Source: Raillietiella orientalis (Eukaryota). From it: 64,000 nucleotides of DNA. Shown piece by piece: positions 1 to 9,840 of this stretch. The notes under the pieces were generated by a model that did not search any database, had not been told where the DNA came from, and saw only the letters and a program-made list of their open reading frames with translations. The DNA is taken from the NCBI GenBank assembly GCA_036172245.1, contig JAYWIR010000055.1, positions 1 through 64,000 on the forward strand. Reading direction: 5' to 3'. A program made the position numbers and the translations under genes. Numbering within the stretch: position 1 is the stretch's first letter; each line of letters opens with the position of its first letter.

Positions 1-540
1 AGTCATGTGGACCACCACGGAGCGGTCCATTGATACTGGCAGGATCTTGCGGCCGTCTACGTTCAGCGGCGCATGGATTAGGCGGTGAGCCAAGGTGACA
101 TCTTTGCAGACCACTTCGACCCGCTGCCCGCCGCTGAGGACGGAGAGGCCGTCCAGATCCTTCTCGGTAACATTCGCGTCCTTCAACGCTTTGCTGAAGG
201 CGCGCGCTGTCCGGCCGTCGAACAAGTTGCCTACCTGGTAGACAAGCGATGGCTTGTACCCGGAGGCCTTGTATGCGGCCATCTCCGCCATGGCTTCTGC
301 GCTGGACGCGGCCACCATGGCGCTCCATGTCCTCGGCGTGGCCGGGGATGATTCCGGGGCGGCTGCCCCTGCTCCAGTAGGCTGTGGGGGCGAACTAGCC
401 TCCCCCACTCCAACCTCCATCGCGGTGTCCTCTGGCGTCGTGGCCATTGGACACCGACGATGTACACAAAACACCACACAGAAGAAAAAGCGCTTTCCTA
501 CTACTCTTTGGGGAGTGAAGGAAAAACACGTCCTCCTACT
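1..540 (-). mobile_element. Tx1/L1-like non-LTR element Z: 5' UTR and ORF1 N-terminus (runs off the window)
   Basis: ATG at 447 (-) opens MATTPEDTAMEVG...AYKASGYKPSLVYQVGNLFD...PLNVDGRKILPVSMDRSVVVHM, clearly homologous to the ORF1s at 7638(-), 12400(-) and 824(+). The 5' motif GGACGTGTTTTT lies at 533-522. 5' boundary approximate. Confidence 0.85.
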
Positions 541-729
541 AACCGCGGAGGGTTCTGGCTGCAACGAGGCTGCCAGCTCCTCCGCGGCTCGCGCGAAGGC
601 TAACTCATCATGGTGCTGTCGATGACGGACACCGCCGCCAGCTCGTTCCCCTCGCTGTTGACAGAGTCAACAGAGGGGTTGTCGTCGGTAGCGGCGAGTT
701 CTTTTGCGCAGCGGTCGGGAATACGCTCG
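541..729 (-). mobile_element. Displaced continuation of element B ORF1 (left of the element A insertion)
   Basis: Removing A and one TSD copy joins 6545 to 738 and restores an open frame: ...EQIKECSVVVERIPDRCAKELAATDDNPSVDSVNSEGNELAAVSVIDSTMMS* (stop 602-600). Confidence 0.7.
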
Positions 730-823
730 ACGACAACGGTGCACGGACGTGTTCTGTGTTGCTCCTCGAGCGTGATTCCTTTCCGTCTTCTTGTGTGTGG
801 TGTGCCCGATTGCGTCCACTAGG

Positions 824-2653
824 ATGTCCACGGAGCCCCTGCAGCAAAAGATGGATGTGGAGGCTGCTACTGGCAGTGGAGACTCTACTGCAGATGTCCG
901 GTCCGCCTCTGATTCTTGTGTCTCGCCACCGGCGAGATGCTTCGCCGCCGTCGTCAAGGCGGCGGCAGCCAACGGAGCACCGTCCGACGAAGCAGAGCTG
1001 CAGGCATATGCAGCCCATGGCTACAAGCCTGCGCTCTGCTCTCCGGTGAGTGCTTCTATCTCCGACGGTGTCGGAGAAAATTTGTTGGACGAGCTTTTGC
1101 GCGTCGGGGTCCGACAGGACGACTTCCTGGCCGTCATGCCGGTTAACGCGCTCGGACACTGGGAGGTGCACTGCAAAGAGGCCCCCCCAGTCCAGCGCCT
1201 TCTTCGCACCCGGCTAAATATCCGCGGGAAGGAGGTCGTCCCGTCGGCCATGGACCAGTCGTTCGTGGTCCGATTATCCGCCCTCCAGGTGGACACGCCC
1301 GATCGCGTGCTTGTCGCTGCAATAAGTGCATTAGCCACGGTGCATGCGCTGTGGAGAGCAGATAATCCGATCAAAAGGATTGCATCTCTCCACAGCGGAG
1401 TTGCCATGGCGCGTGTCACCATGGCGGATAGGAGGCAAATGCCTCCGCACTTGCAGATCGGCGATGCGATCTTCCACCTTGAATTTGCTGGTTAGCGACC
1501 GGCTTGCGGCATTTGCGGTGCAGAGGGCCACCGTCCGTGGACGTGCCCTTCACGCAACTGCCGCTATTGTAAACAGCTCGGCCACTCCATCAAAGAGTGC
1601 GCGGAGCTGAAGAGCAAGCGGCAGGCGAAAAGCCGCAAACAATCGACCCCGTTTGCGCCGAAAAGATCCCCCGTTGTGCCACGGGAGAAATCGGGCGCGA
1701 AGGGCGGGGCATTTTCGAATGGAGGTCCCGCGAAAAAGGACGCGGCGGCTTCAGGGAAGCCACCATCCCAGACAACCGCGCAGACGGGAGGAATGCCACG
1801 TCGTCCTGGGGGCAAATCGCCATCTTCGAAGCAGCCTAAGAGTGCGGGCACGCACTCAATCAAGGCTGCTGAACCGTCCGCGTCCGCTTGTGCGTCCAGC
1901 GGAGCACACGGGAAACCGTGCGCGGGTACCCTCGGAACTGCCTCTTAACGGCAGTCTCCTCCTACGGCGGTGGAGATAACGTCTTCCACGCCGAAGGCAC
2001 GAGCATCGAAGGCTGCAATAGCGCCCCGCGGGACGACGGCAATGACCGCCGTTTCGCCTGCATCGGCTAAGGAGCAGGTGCAGTGCGCAACGGGGACGGA
2101 GACGTCTCCCGCCGCGAGCGAGAAACGTGAGCCGGCATCTCCGGCCAAACAATTGAGGGAGGCGTCGGCCTCCCAGGAGGGCGTCCCCGACGCGGGCTGG
2201 ACTCGAGTCTCCAGGACGCCCACAAAGGGGAAGAAGAAGGTTGACCCTTCAATATTCCCCATCCTTAAGGTGGGTGGGAGGCAAAAGAGAAGCACGCCGA
2301 AGAAGGTGCGTACCCAGGTACGCACTACGGCGGCGTGCTCTGTCTCCGTCGCTTCGCGCGAGAGGGCGGCTGCGGAAGCCAAAGCTCCGGAAGCTGCGTT
2401 GGCGACTGCGACGACCCCTGCGCGGGCAGGGCAAGCCTCCACCTGCCGAAACAAAAAGAGACTGGCAAAACGCCAGTCTCGCGCCAGGCACTCGGACTTC
2501 GAGGTGGAGTCCGAGTGCAAACAAATGGAGCGCGTATCCCGGGGTAAGCCGGTAGCGCGCCGGGCTAAAGTGCGAAGGCACGAGCCTGTTCCCGGAGGCG
2601 GTTCCGGCTCCTGCACGGAGACCGAGGCGATGATCCTCGGCTCCCAGGACTAA
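824..2653 (+). pseudogene. Element A ORF1 (gag-like, two CCHC zinc knuckles, long basic Ala/Ser/Lys tail) with two in-frame stops
   Basis: ORFs 791-1495, 1676-1948 and 1970-2653 are in one frame. Reading through TAG 1493-1495 gives CGICGAEGHRPWTC and CRYCKQLGHSIKEC. A second stop, TAA, is at 1946-1948. Confidence 0.85.
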
Positions 2654-2751
2654 GCTGGGCGCGATGTGGCGGCGAACGGGAGCGATTCCGCTTCCCAATC
2701 CGCTCTCCCACCAGCTGACTTCTTGCCGGACGGGGCGAGGAGCACGCCGTC

Positions 2752-5700
2752 ATGTCCGCAGCAGTGATGCGTGGACTCGCGTCCGCTCGTCGCGTCAGCG
2801 TGGCCTGTTGGAATGTCAACGGGCTACGTGATGCTGACAAAAGGCGGACGGTAGCCAACGCTTTGCGCGCGTTCGATCTGGTGCTGCTGCAGGAGATACA
2901 TATCATCTCCGAACGGCAGGCATCGGATCTGGAAGAGCGCGCGGGCGGGACGCTACACTGGCGGCCAGGCTCCGCGCACACGTGCGGAGTCGCGTTCCTC
3001 GTCCGAGGCAGGGTGGCGAAGGCGGTGCGGAACGTTTGTTCCGACGAGGAAGGTCGTGTGGGCCAACTTGTCCTCAAGTGGTCCGAATCGATCGATCTGG
3101 CCGTTACGAACACCTACGCGCCGAGCGGCGGCCGGCATTACGCCCAGCGACTTGCATTCCTGGGTGGCCTGCGCAGCCCCTGGCTCGCTGACTCCGGCCC
3201 TAACGTGGCGCACCTCCTTGCAGGAGACTTCAACGTCCACCTGCTAACAGAGGAGAGATGCCGCTTGAGGGAGAAGCAACTGGTGAGCGAGGTATGCGCG
3301 TCCGTGCGCGTGCAAAACTGGCTTGCTGGTGAGCCCGGGATGGAGAGATCGCCGGAGCATGCGTTCCTCGATGAACACCTGCTCTCACGAGTAGGTCGGA
3401 GAGGGCGCCTGCTGTCCACGATTTCGGATCATCCGAGACTGGAGTTCGAGCTCCTCCCGCCTGGCAAAGGGCCTCCGATGAATGTCTGGAGGTTGCCGGC
3501 CGACTGGCTTAGCAATTCGGAGGCGGCGGAGCATCTTCGCCAACACCTTCGGGGCTTCGCCATCCGTGAACTCGAGGACTGGGACGATCTGAAAAGATCG
3601 GTCCACGAGTTCTGCTGCCGGTTCCCTTTGCACCTGCTTCCCCGCGGCTTCGGGGAGGGTGTCGCGAACAGCAGATCCTATCTGCAGGCGCGTACCTTCT
3701 CCCGATGCCCGGACGTCCGGCGTCTGGCGGAATACAAGGCCAGGGCCGAGCGCCAGGTTTGGCAGTCTGGAGCGGCTTGTCTGCTCGATGACGCTGGACA
3801 GAAATGCACGGCTGCAGCCGAAGTACACCGCGTAGTCAAGCGCTACTACTCCTCGTTGTACGCGGAGGAGCCCACGGAACGCAGTCTCTCCGAGCTGCTT
3901 CTTCCGACGGGAAACCCTGCTATCGACGAGGAGGAACGCGCCAGATTGGATTGGTTCTTCACGGCGGAAGAAGTATCTTTTGCCATAGCGGGCCTGAAGG
4001 GGCGTAAGGTGCCTAAGGAGGATGGCCTGCCCGCGGATTTCTTTCAGTGCTTCGCGGCGGAGCTCGTCCCTCTGGTGCTAAGCCTTTCCTCGCTGATGCG
4101 TGAGACGGGAGATGTTCCCGCTTCTTTCCGCTCAGCAAAGGTGCGGCTCCTGCCGAAAGGCGGTGATTTGCGCCACCTCAGCAACTGGCGTCCGATCACA
4201 TTGGTGAATTCGGACGTCAAGTTGTTCTCCAGGCTATGGGTCGCGCGCCTGGGGAGAATCGCGGAGTCCTTGGTAAGTCCGGAGCAGACGTATGCTGTTC
4301 CGGGGCAGTCCATGGACGCGAATCTCTTCTTCGCGCGAACATGGTTCGAGTTGCAGCAGCGCGTGTCGCAGCAGAGCCAGGCAGCCGAAATCGCCACTGC
4401 CAAAGGTAAGCGGCGGTGTTCAAGGCACGATGGAACAACGGGAGCCTTAGCGGTCGCCGTCGGTCTCTGCAAAGCGTTCGACAGCGTAAACGAGGACCTT
4501 CTTCTGGAGCTTCTGGGACGCCTAGGCCTCCCGACGCACCTCATCGCCTACTTGCGCTCCTGCTGGCGCCACGCGTTATGCTGTATCTCTTTCAGCGGGC
4601 GCCACGTGTACGGCATTCCCATACGGCGGGGTATCAGGCAGGGAGACAGCTTATGCCCCCTGCTCTTCAGCATCTTCTTTGAGTTGGTGCTGAGGGCGTA
4701 CAGGCTGACGCTGGCCAACCTGCCGAGCTCCTGCCCGGGAACACCGGCCGTGACCGCCTATGCTGAGGACCTTCTCCTGCTGCTGCCCATGTCCACCCCG
4801 GCGTCCAGGCTCGAGGACTTCTTCGAGCTCATTCGTCGGGGAGCGGGCCTGAGCGTCAACAGGACGAAATCAACCGTTCTACCGGTTGGCTGTACGTGGG
4901 AGTGGCAGTCCGACTGGATCCGCCTGGGGATCCCAACGGGCAGGTGCTTGAAGTACCTCGGCGTTCCCTTGGGCGCCTTCTGTCCAGCAGAAGCGTGGTC
5001 GGACTGCCTTCACAAGGCCGAGACCGCTCTGGGCCCGTTCCAAGGCGGCAGGTTTCTCCTGTTGGAACGGGCCTTCGTGTGGAACATTTTCGTTGCCCCC
5101 CTCCTCCGTCCCCTTTTTTTTGTTTGTCCCCCTCCCTACTCGGCTAAGCGCCGGGCGCAACGCCTGTTGCGTGACGCCCTGTGGGGACCGGCGAGGTCCA
5201 GGATCCGCCTGAAGAACTTGGCAGCTCCTCGGCGGGATGCAGGATTGGGCATTCTGATGCTGGAGCGGGTCGGACTGCTAGTGCAGTTCCGCATGCTGGC
5301 ACTTTGTGCGCAGATCTGGACTACTCCCTGGTGTGCTCCAGCGCGGCTGCTGCTGCAGCGCAGCACGGGTGGCGACGGACTACGTTCGTTGCATGTGCGC
5401 ACGGAGCGCGCCCAGAGAGGATTCGGATTCCCTTTGAAGCAGCTCGCCACGCTTGTGGGAAAGCATGAGTAGATCTCCTGCCGGCCGACGAACTTCAACG
5501 CCTGGAGGCAGGAAGCCTTATCGTCCTGGGCAGCGCAACAGGATGTGTCCCGTTTGGAACTCCGTTGCGCGAAACTTTCCCCATACTGTACAGTGGGGGA
5601 GGTGCTGGAAGACCAGGACCAGTGGACACGCCTAGCCGCTACGCCACTCGCCGAAGCACTGTGTGCACTTATGCTGCGAGATGACAGTGACCTGCCGGCG

Positions 5701-6330
5701 AGGTGGGAGATCACTTGCGAAATCGCAGGCGGAACCCGACTGCAGGGCGGCTGGCGGACTTGCGAAGTGGCAGACGCTGCTACACCTCGCATTCTTACAA
5801 AGGGGCTTCTCCGGTATAGTGAGCTCCTCGGGGTGCCCACCGATGAACTTGTGGTCCCTTCTGCGTGTTTGGACGCGACTCTTTTCCCCCTTCGGTGGAA
5901 GCAGGACGCCTTTCTGCTGGTGCATTGGGGTTTGTACTGCAACCAGCGGGCGCACCTGATTTCCGGGGAAGTTGCGTCCCCGAACTGTGCCAAATGCGGA
6001 GCGTTGGAATCGCTCCCGCATTTGCTGTTTGAGTGCGGTGCTCTCCAGGAGCTGTGGCAGCGGCTGTCTTCAGTGCTCCTGCACCCTGGACACACCGCAC
6101 TGGATTGGATGCGCCGCTTCTACACGCGTGGCGCACTTTCTCTTGGAGCGGTCGTCGCAATCATCTGCTGCGTCCGCGCCATTGTCAGGGCCCGCCACGT
6201 ATTGCAGATGCGAGCAGTCCCAACATCGGTCCCCGACACCTCAGCCTGCAGCCTGCAAATGGCTGCCGGTTGGCCACATCTTGGAGCAGAAGTGAGGACG
6301 GAGATCGGCGGCATTCACTGCCGGTTCTGA
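2752..6330 (+). pseudogene. Element A ORF2: AP endonuclease + reverse transcriptase + C-terminal zinc finger, with one in-frame stop
   Basis: EN motifs WNVNG, LLQE, NTYAP, GDFN, SDH. RT motifs WRPITLVNSD, KAFDSV, GIRQGDSLCPLLF, YAED (for YADD), KYLG. C-terminal CAKCGALESLPHLLFEC. TAG 5470-5472 replaces the TGG seen in the copy at ~25109, and the frame continues into 5545-6330. Confidence 0.93.
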
Positions 6331-6544
6331 GAATAGGAACGGTTAGACTGTATACCCCTGTCCCCGCCCTCCCAACCAATTTATTTATTTATTGTCTCAC
6401 CCCCTCCCGTTCCGAACTCTCAGTGTGCCCGGACTGCGTTCCGGGAAATCTACTCCCCATTTTTTGTTTCCCTTGCGTGGGAACACAGTTCCCAGTTAAT
6501 ATTTTAATAAACGTCCCGGCGCAACCGGGTAATAAACGACAACG

Positions 6545-7732
6545 CTGCATTCTTTAATTTGCTCGCTTGCCTGCTCTTTTTTCTGGAGGTACGCGAGCTT
6601 TTTCTCCATCCTCCTCTTCTTCTTTGATTTTTTGGCCGTAGCCACCTGCCACCAAGGCTCCTGGCTAGTTCCCTCGACTTGTTCGGCGTTGTTCGCCGGC
6701 GTCTCGGGTGCGGTCTGGGCCTTGGGCGCGGGTGGCACAGCCTTCGCGGCAGCTTTCGCCGCCAGCCTTTTCTGCAGAAGCCGGGCGCGTTTTCTAAGGT
6801 TTCTCTTGGAAACCACCCGCACTGCTGCTTTTGAACACACATCCCTCGTGTGACCCATTGTGCCGCATACTTGGCACTGCACATTGGGACACCTCTTTTT
6901 GAGGTGGCCCGACGTATTGCAGAAGCCACAGTATTTCGGCTTTCCCACATACCAGAGGTCGACGGTTTCGCCTTCGACCACCAGTTTGTGGGGAAGAGTG
7001 CAGCCCTTTCGAACGGTCACGCGCGCAGCCGTGAGGCCGTGTTGCAGCCCCGTGTAGTCCTCGAAAGGACTAACTTTCGTCCACTGCGCGTGGACCGTTC
7101 CGTATTCCTCCAACGCGGCGCGAACCTGTTCCTTGCGCATCCGCGCGGTAACACCTAACAGGTGGACCACCATGCTGCGGTCCGCCGTAATAGGGAGGAG
7201 CCTGCGCGTTCCCATCACCACGGGGGTTTCAAGCAGTCGTTGGGCCATCCCTGCATGTTTGCAGATGACCCCAACGTACTGACCCCCGCTGCGGATGGTC
7301 ATAGCGCTGAGCTCCTCCTCTTTCACATCGAGAGCGCGCATGCCCTTCGAGAAGGCACGCGCGCTCTCTAAAGAATATAAATTGCCTACCTTGTAGAACA
7401 ATGAGGGGTTGTACCCCTCCTCTACATAGGCCGACAATTCCGCCGCGGCTGCAGGCGATGGCGCCGACACAACGGCGCTCCACGCCCGCGCTGCAGCGGG
7501 GACCGATTCTGTGGGGGCGGATGCCCCCACCTCCATCGCCTCTGGGGACGACGTTGCCGCCGCCCCCTGGCTTTCCATCGCCTCTGGGGGCGGCGTTGCT
7601 GCTGCCCCCTGGCCATCTCTGGTGGTCGCGTCAGGCATTGCTGCCTGATCGACCACCGAACCACACGACGCTTGCACTGGGGGAGACCCTTCGGCACGAG
7701 GAGCACCGAGAAAACACGTCCACCCTGGAGCA
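6545..7732 (-). mobile_element. Tx1-like element B: 5' UTR and ORF1 (interrupted by element A)
   Basis: ORF1 from ATG 7638 with knuckles CGFCNTSGHLKKRC and CQVCGTMGHTRDVC. 5' motif GGACGTGTTTT at 7721-7711. The 5' boundary is set where plus-strand RT homology begins. Confidence 0.88.
7530..7613 (-). repeat. 42-bp tandem duplication in the B ORF1 N-terminus
   Basis: Encodes QGAAATPPPEAMES followed by QGAAATSSPEAMEV. Coordinates approximate. Confidence 0.75.
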
Positions 7733-9840
7733 CGCAAGGCGGTCGACTGCGTGGACCAGGAGCTCCTCCTGGAGCTTTTGCATAGCAAGGGCTTCCTTCC
7801 TACATTAACGGCGTACCTGCGCTCCTGCTAAAGAGCCGCGTTAACAAACATCTCTTTCAGAGGGCAGAACGTGTACCGCGTGCCGGTGCGCCGCGGGATT
7901 CGGCAGGGCGATAGCCTCAGTCCCCTGCTCTTTAGCACCTATTTCGAGTTGGTGCTGAGAGCATACAGGATGACTTTGGCTGCCTTGCCAAGCTCGTGCC
8001 TTGGCACGCTCGCCGTGTCCGCATATGCCGACGATCTCCTGCTACTGCTCCCAATGTCCGCCCCGGCAACGGTAGTCGAATATTTCTTCGACTTGCTAAG
8101 CCGTGGGACAGGGCTACGGGTCAACAGGGCAAAATCGTCGATGGTGACAGTTGGAGCGACGTGGGTAGGATGGCCTGACTGGATCTGCCTGGGGACCCCG
8201 ACTGACACACATCTGAATTACCTTTGCGTTCCGCTGGGGGACTTCTGCCCGTCAGAAGCATGGTCAGGCCGTCTTCAGAAAGTGGATTTGGCGATCCGCC
8301 CGTTCCTGGACGGCAAGTTTTACTTGCCGGAACGGGCCGCAGTATGGAATGCTTTTGCGGCTCCCATCCTTTGCCCCCTACTTTTTGTTTGCCCCGTCCC
8401 CAGAGAAATAAAAAAGAGGATTAAGGACCTCCTGCGCATTGCCCTTTTGGGCAAGGGGAGGCCCCAAGTCCCTTTGATGGACTTGTGCGCTCCGCGTCGT
8501 GATGGTAGTCTAGGCCTCCTGACGCTGGAGCGCATGGAAATTCAGCTGCGATGGCGCACCCTAGCCATTGCAGCAAAGACGTGGAACACCCCCTGGTGCG
8601 TCCCGGCCCGCATCCTCGCCAGCCGTGTACCGAGGACGCAAGGACTCGCGTGTTTCCTTCTGTGCCCCGGTCGGAAGGTTAGAAGATTCGGCCTTCTCTT
8701 TGGGTGCATGGAATCCCTGGTGAGAGAGAACGGCTGGACGGTATGCAGCCCCGCCAACTCCTCCGCTTGACTGGAGGAATCCGTTGGGACGTGGGCCAAG
8801 CTGAACCTCCAGACTGGACGTGAATGGAACCGCCTGCGACACGGCCCCAGAGCCTGCTGCACCATACGGACCACTCTGGAGTGTCCCGCCCGGAGCACGT
8901 GGGCAGGGACCACCCTTTGGCTCCGACCCTGCCCTTCCTATGAAGGGCTCTAACCAGCGGCCGGACGCCGAAGTGGCACGTCTCCTGCCGGATCGCAGGC
9001 AGGGAAAAGAAATTGAGCGGTTGGACCATGGGTGAACTGGCAGATGTTACGACCCCGAGTGCCCTCCCGCGTGGACTTGTTAGATGGGGCGAGCTGCTCG
9101 GCATCGCTGCCGCGCAGTTCTGTGATGACCTCAAGTGGGCCCCATTATTAATCGGATCCAGGATTCTCCCGCTAAAGTGGCAAGAGTCGGCACTGCTGCT
9201 GTTGCACTGGAGTTTACCCTGCAACGCGCACCGCTTCCACTGGACGCGTGGAAGTGTAAGCCCTGAGTGGGCCAGGTGTGGGGAGCGGGAATCGCTCCCC
9301 CACCTACTAGTTGACTGTGCTGCCATCCGACCCCTGTGGGAACGATTCGGGACGACCCTCGGGCCCCCAATGGGCAGCGCGCCCAGAGACGTTCTTCGGC
9401 CCCTCTTCGTGCGGGACGCCCTGCAGCCCGCCGCAGCCCTCGCAGCCCTCTGCTGCATCGTGGCGGCCTGGGGCGACATTTGCGACGAAGGAGTGGATGC
9501 CAACGAGAGGGAAGTCATCCCGTATGCTGTGAGCTTCATGCGAAGAGCTGGGAGATGGCCCCATCTGGGACAAACGCAGAAGGACCTAGAGGGCATCCTG
9601 CGAAGGATGGGCCCTCCTCCTAGTGAACAGTGGTCCCTTCCCCTCCCTCCAAACTCCTTTTGTTTTTCTTTATTTTATTTTATTTTTTGTTTTCTTCCAA
9701 ACTCCCCTCCACTGCCGAGGAGCGTCACGCCGGGCTGCGTCCCGGCGTCCCGGCAGGTCCGGTGTTGTGCGGCCGTTAGTGGAGCCTCGTACCACGTTTT
9801 TGTAGAGTTTTAATGAACGACCCGGGCGTACCCGGGTGGC
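7733..9840 (+). mobile_element. Tx1-like element P: 3' half (RT domain onward to 3' UTR), decayed
   Basis: RKAVDCVDQELLLELL..., GIRQGDSLSPLLF, YADD, C-terminal ARCGERESLPHLLVDC. Stops at 7829 and 8768 plus frameshifts. 3' hairpins at 9727-9748 and 9820-9837. Confidence 0.9.

Larger units (their letters stand above)
739..6535 (+). mobile_element. Full-length Tx1/L1-clade non-LTR retrotransposon A, inactivated by point mutations
   Basis: Flanked by the perfect 9-bp TSD ACGACAACG (730-738, 6536-6544). Has a 5' UTR with GGACGTGTT (745), a gag-like ORF1, an APE-RT-CCHC ORF2 and a structured 3' UTR without a poly(A) tail. Confidence 0.92.

Noticed and set aside
543..678. Strong hairpins (CCGCGGAGG...CCTCCGCGG; CTGTTGAC-AGA-GTCAACAG) as a 5' ribozyme of element A
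   Set aside because: They lie outside A's TSD, in displaced B sequence, and I could not fit an HDV or hammerhead core.
1493..5472. Programmed stop-codon readthrough in element A (TAG 1493, TAA 1946, TAG 5470)
   Set aside because: A' has TGG at the ORF2 stop, the homologous B ORF1 is open through the knuckles, and A also has catalytic substitutions (YAED). These are ordinary inactivating mutations.
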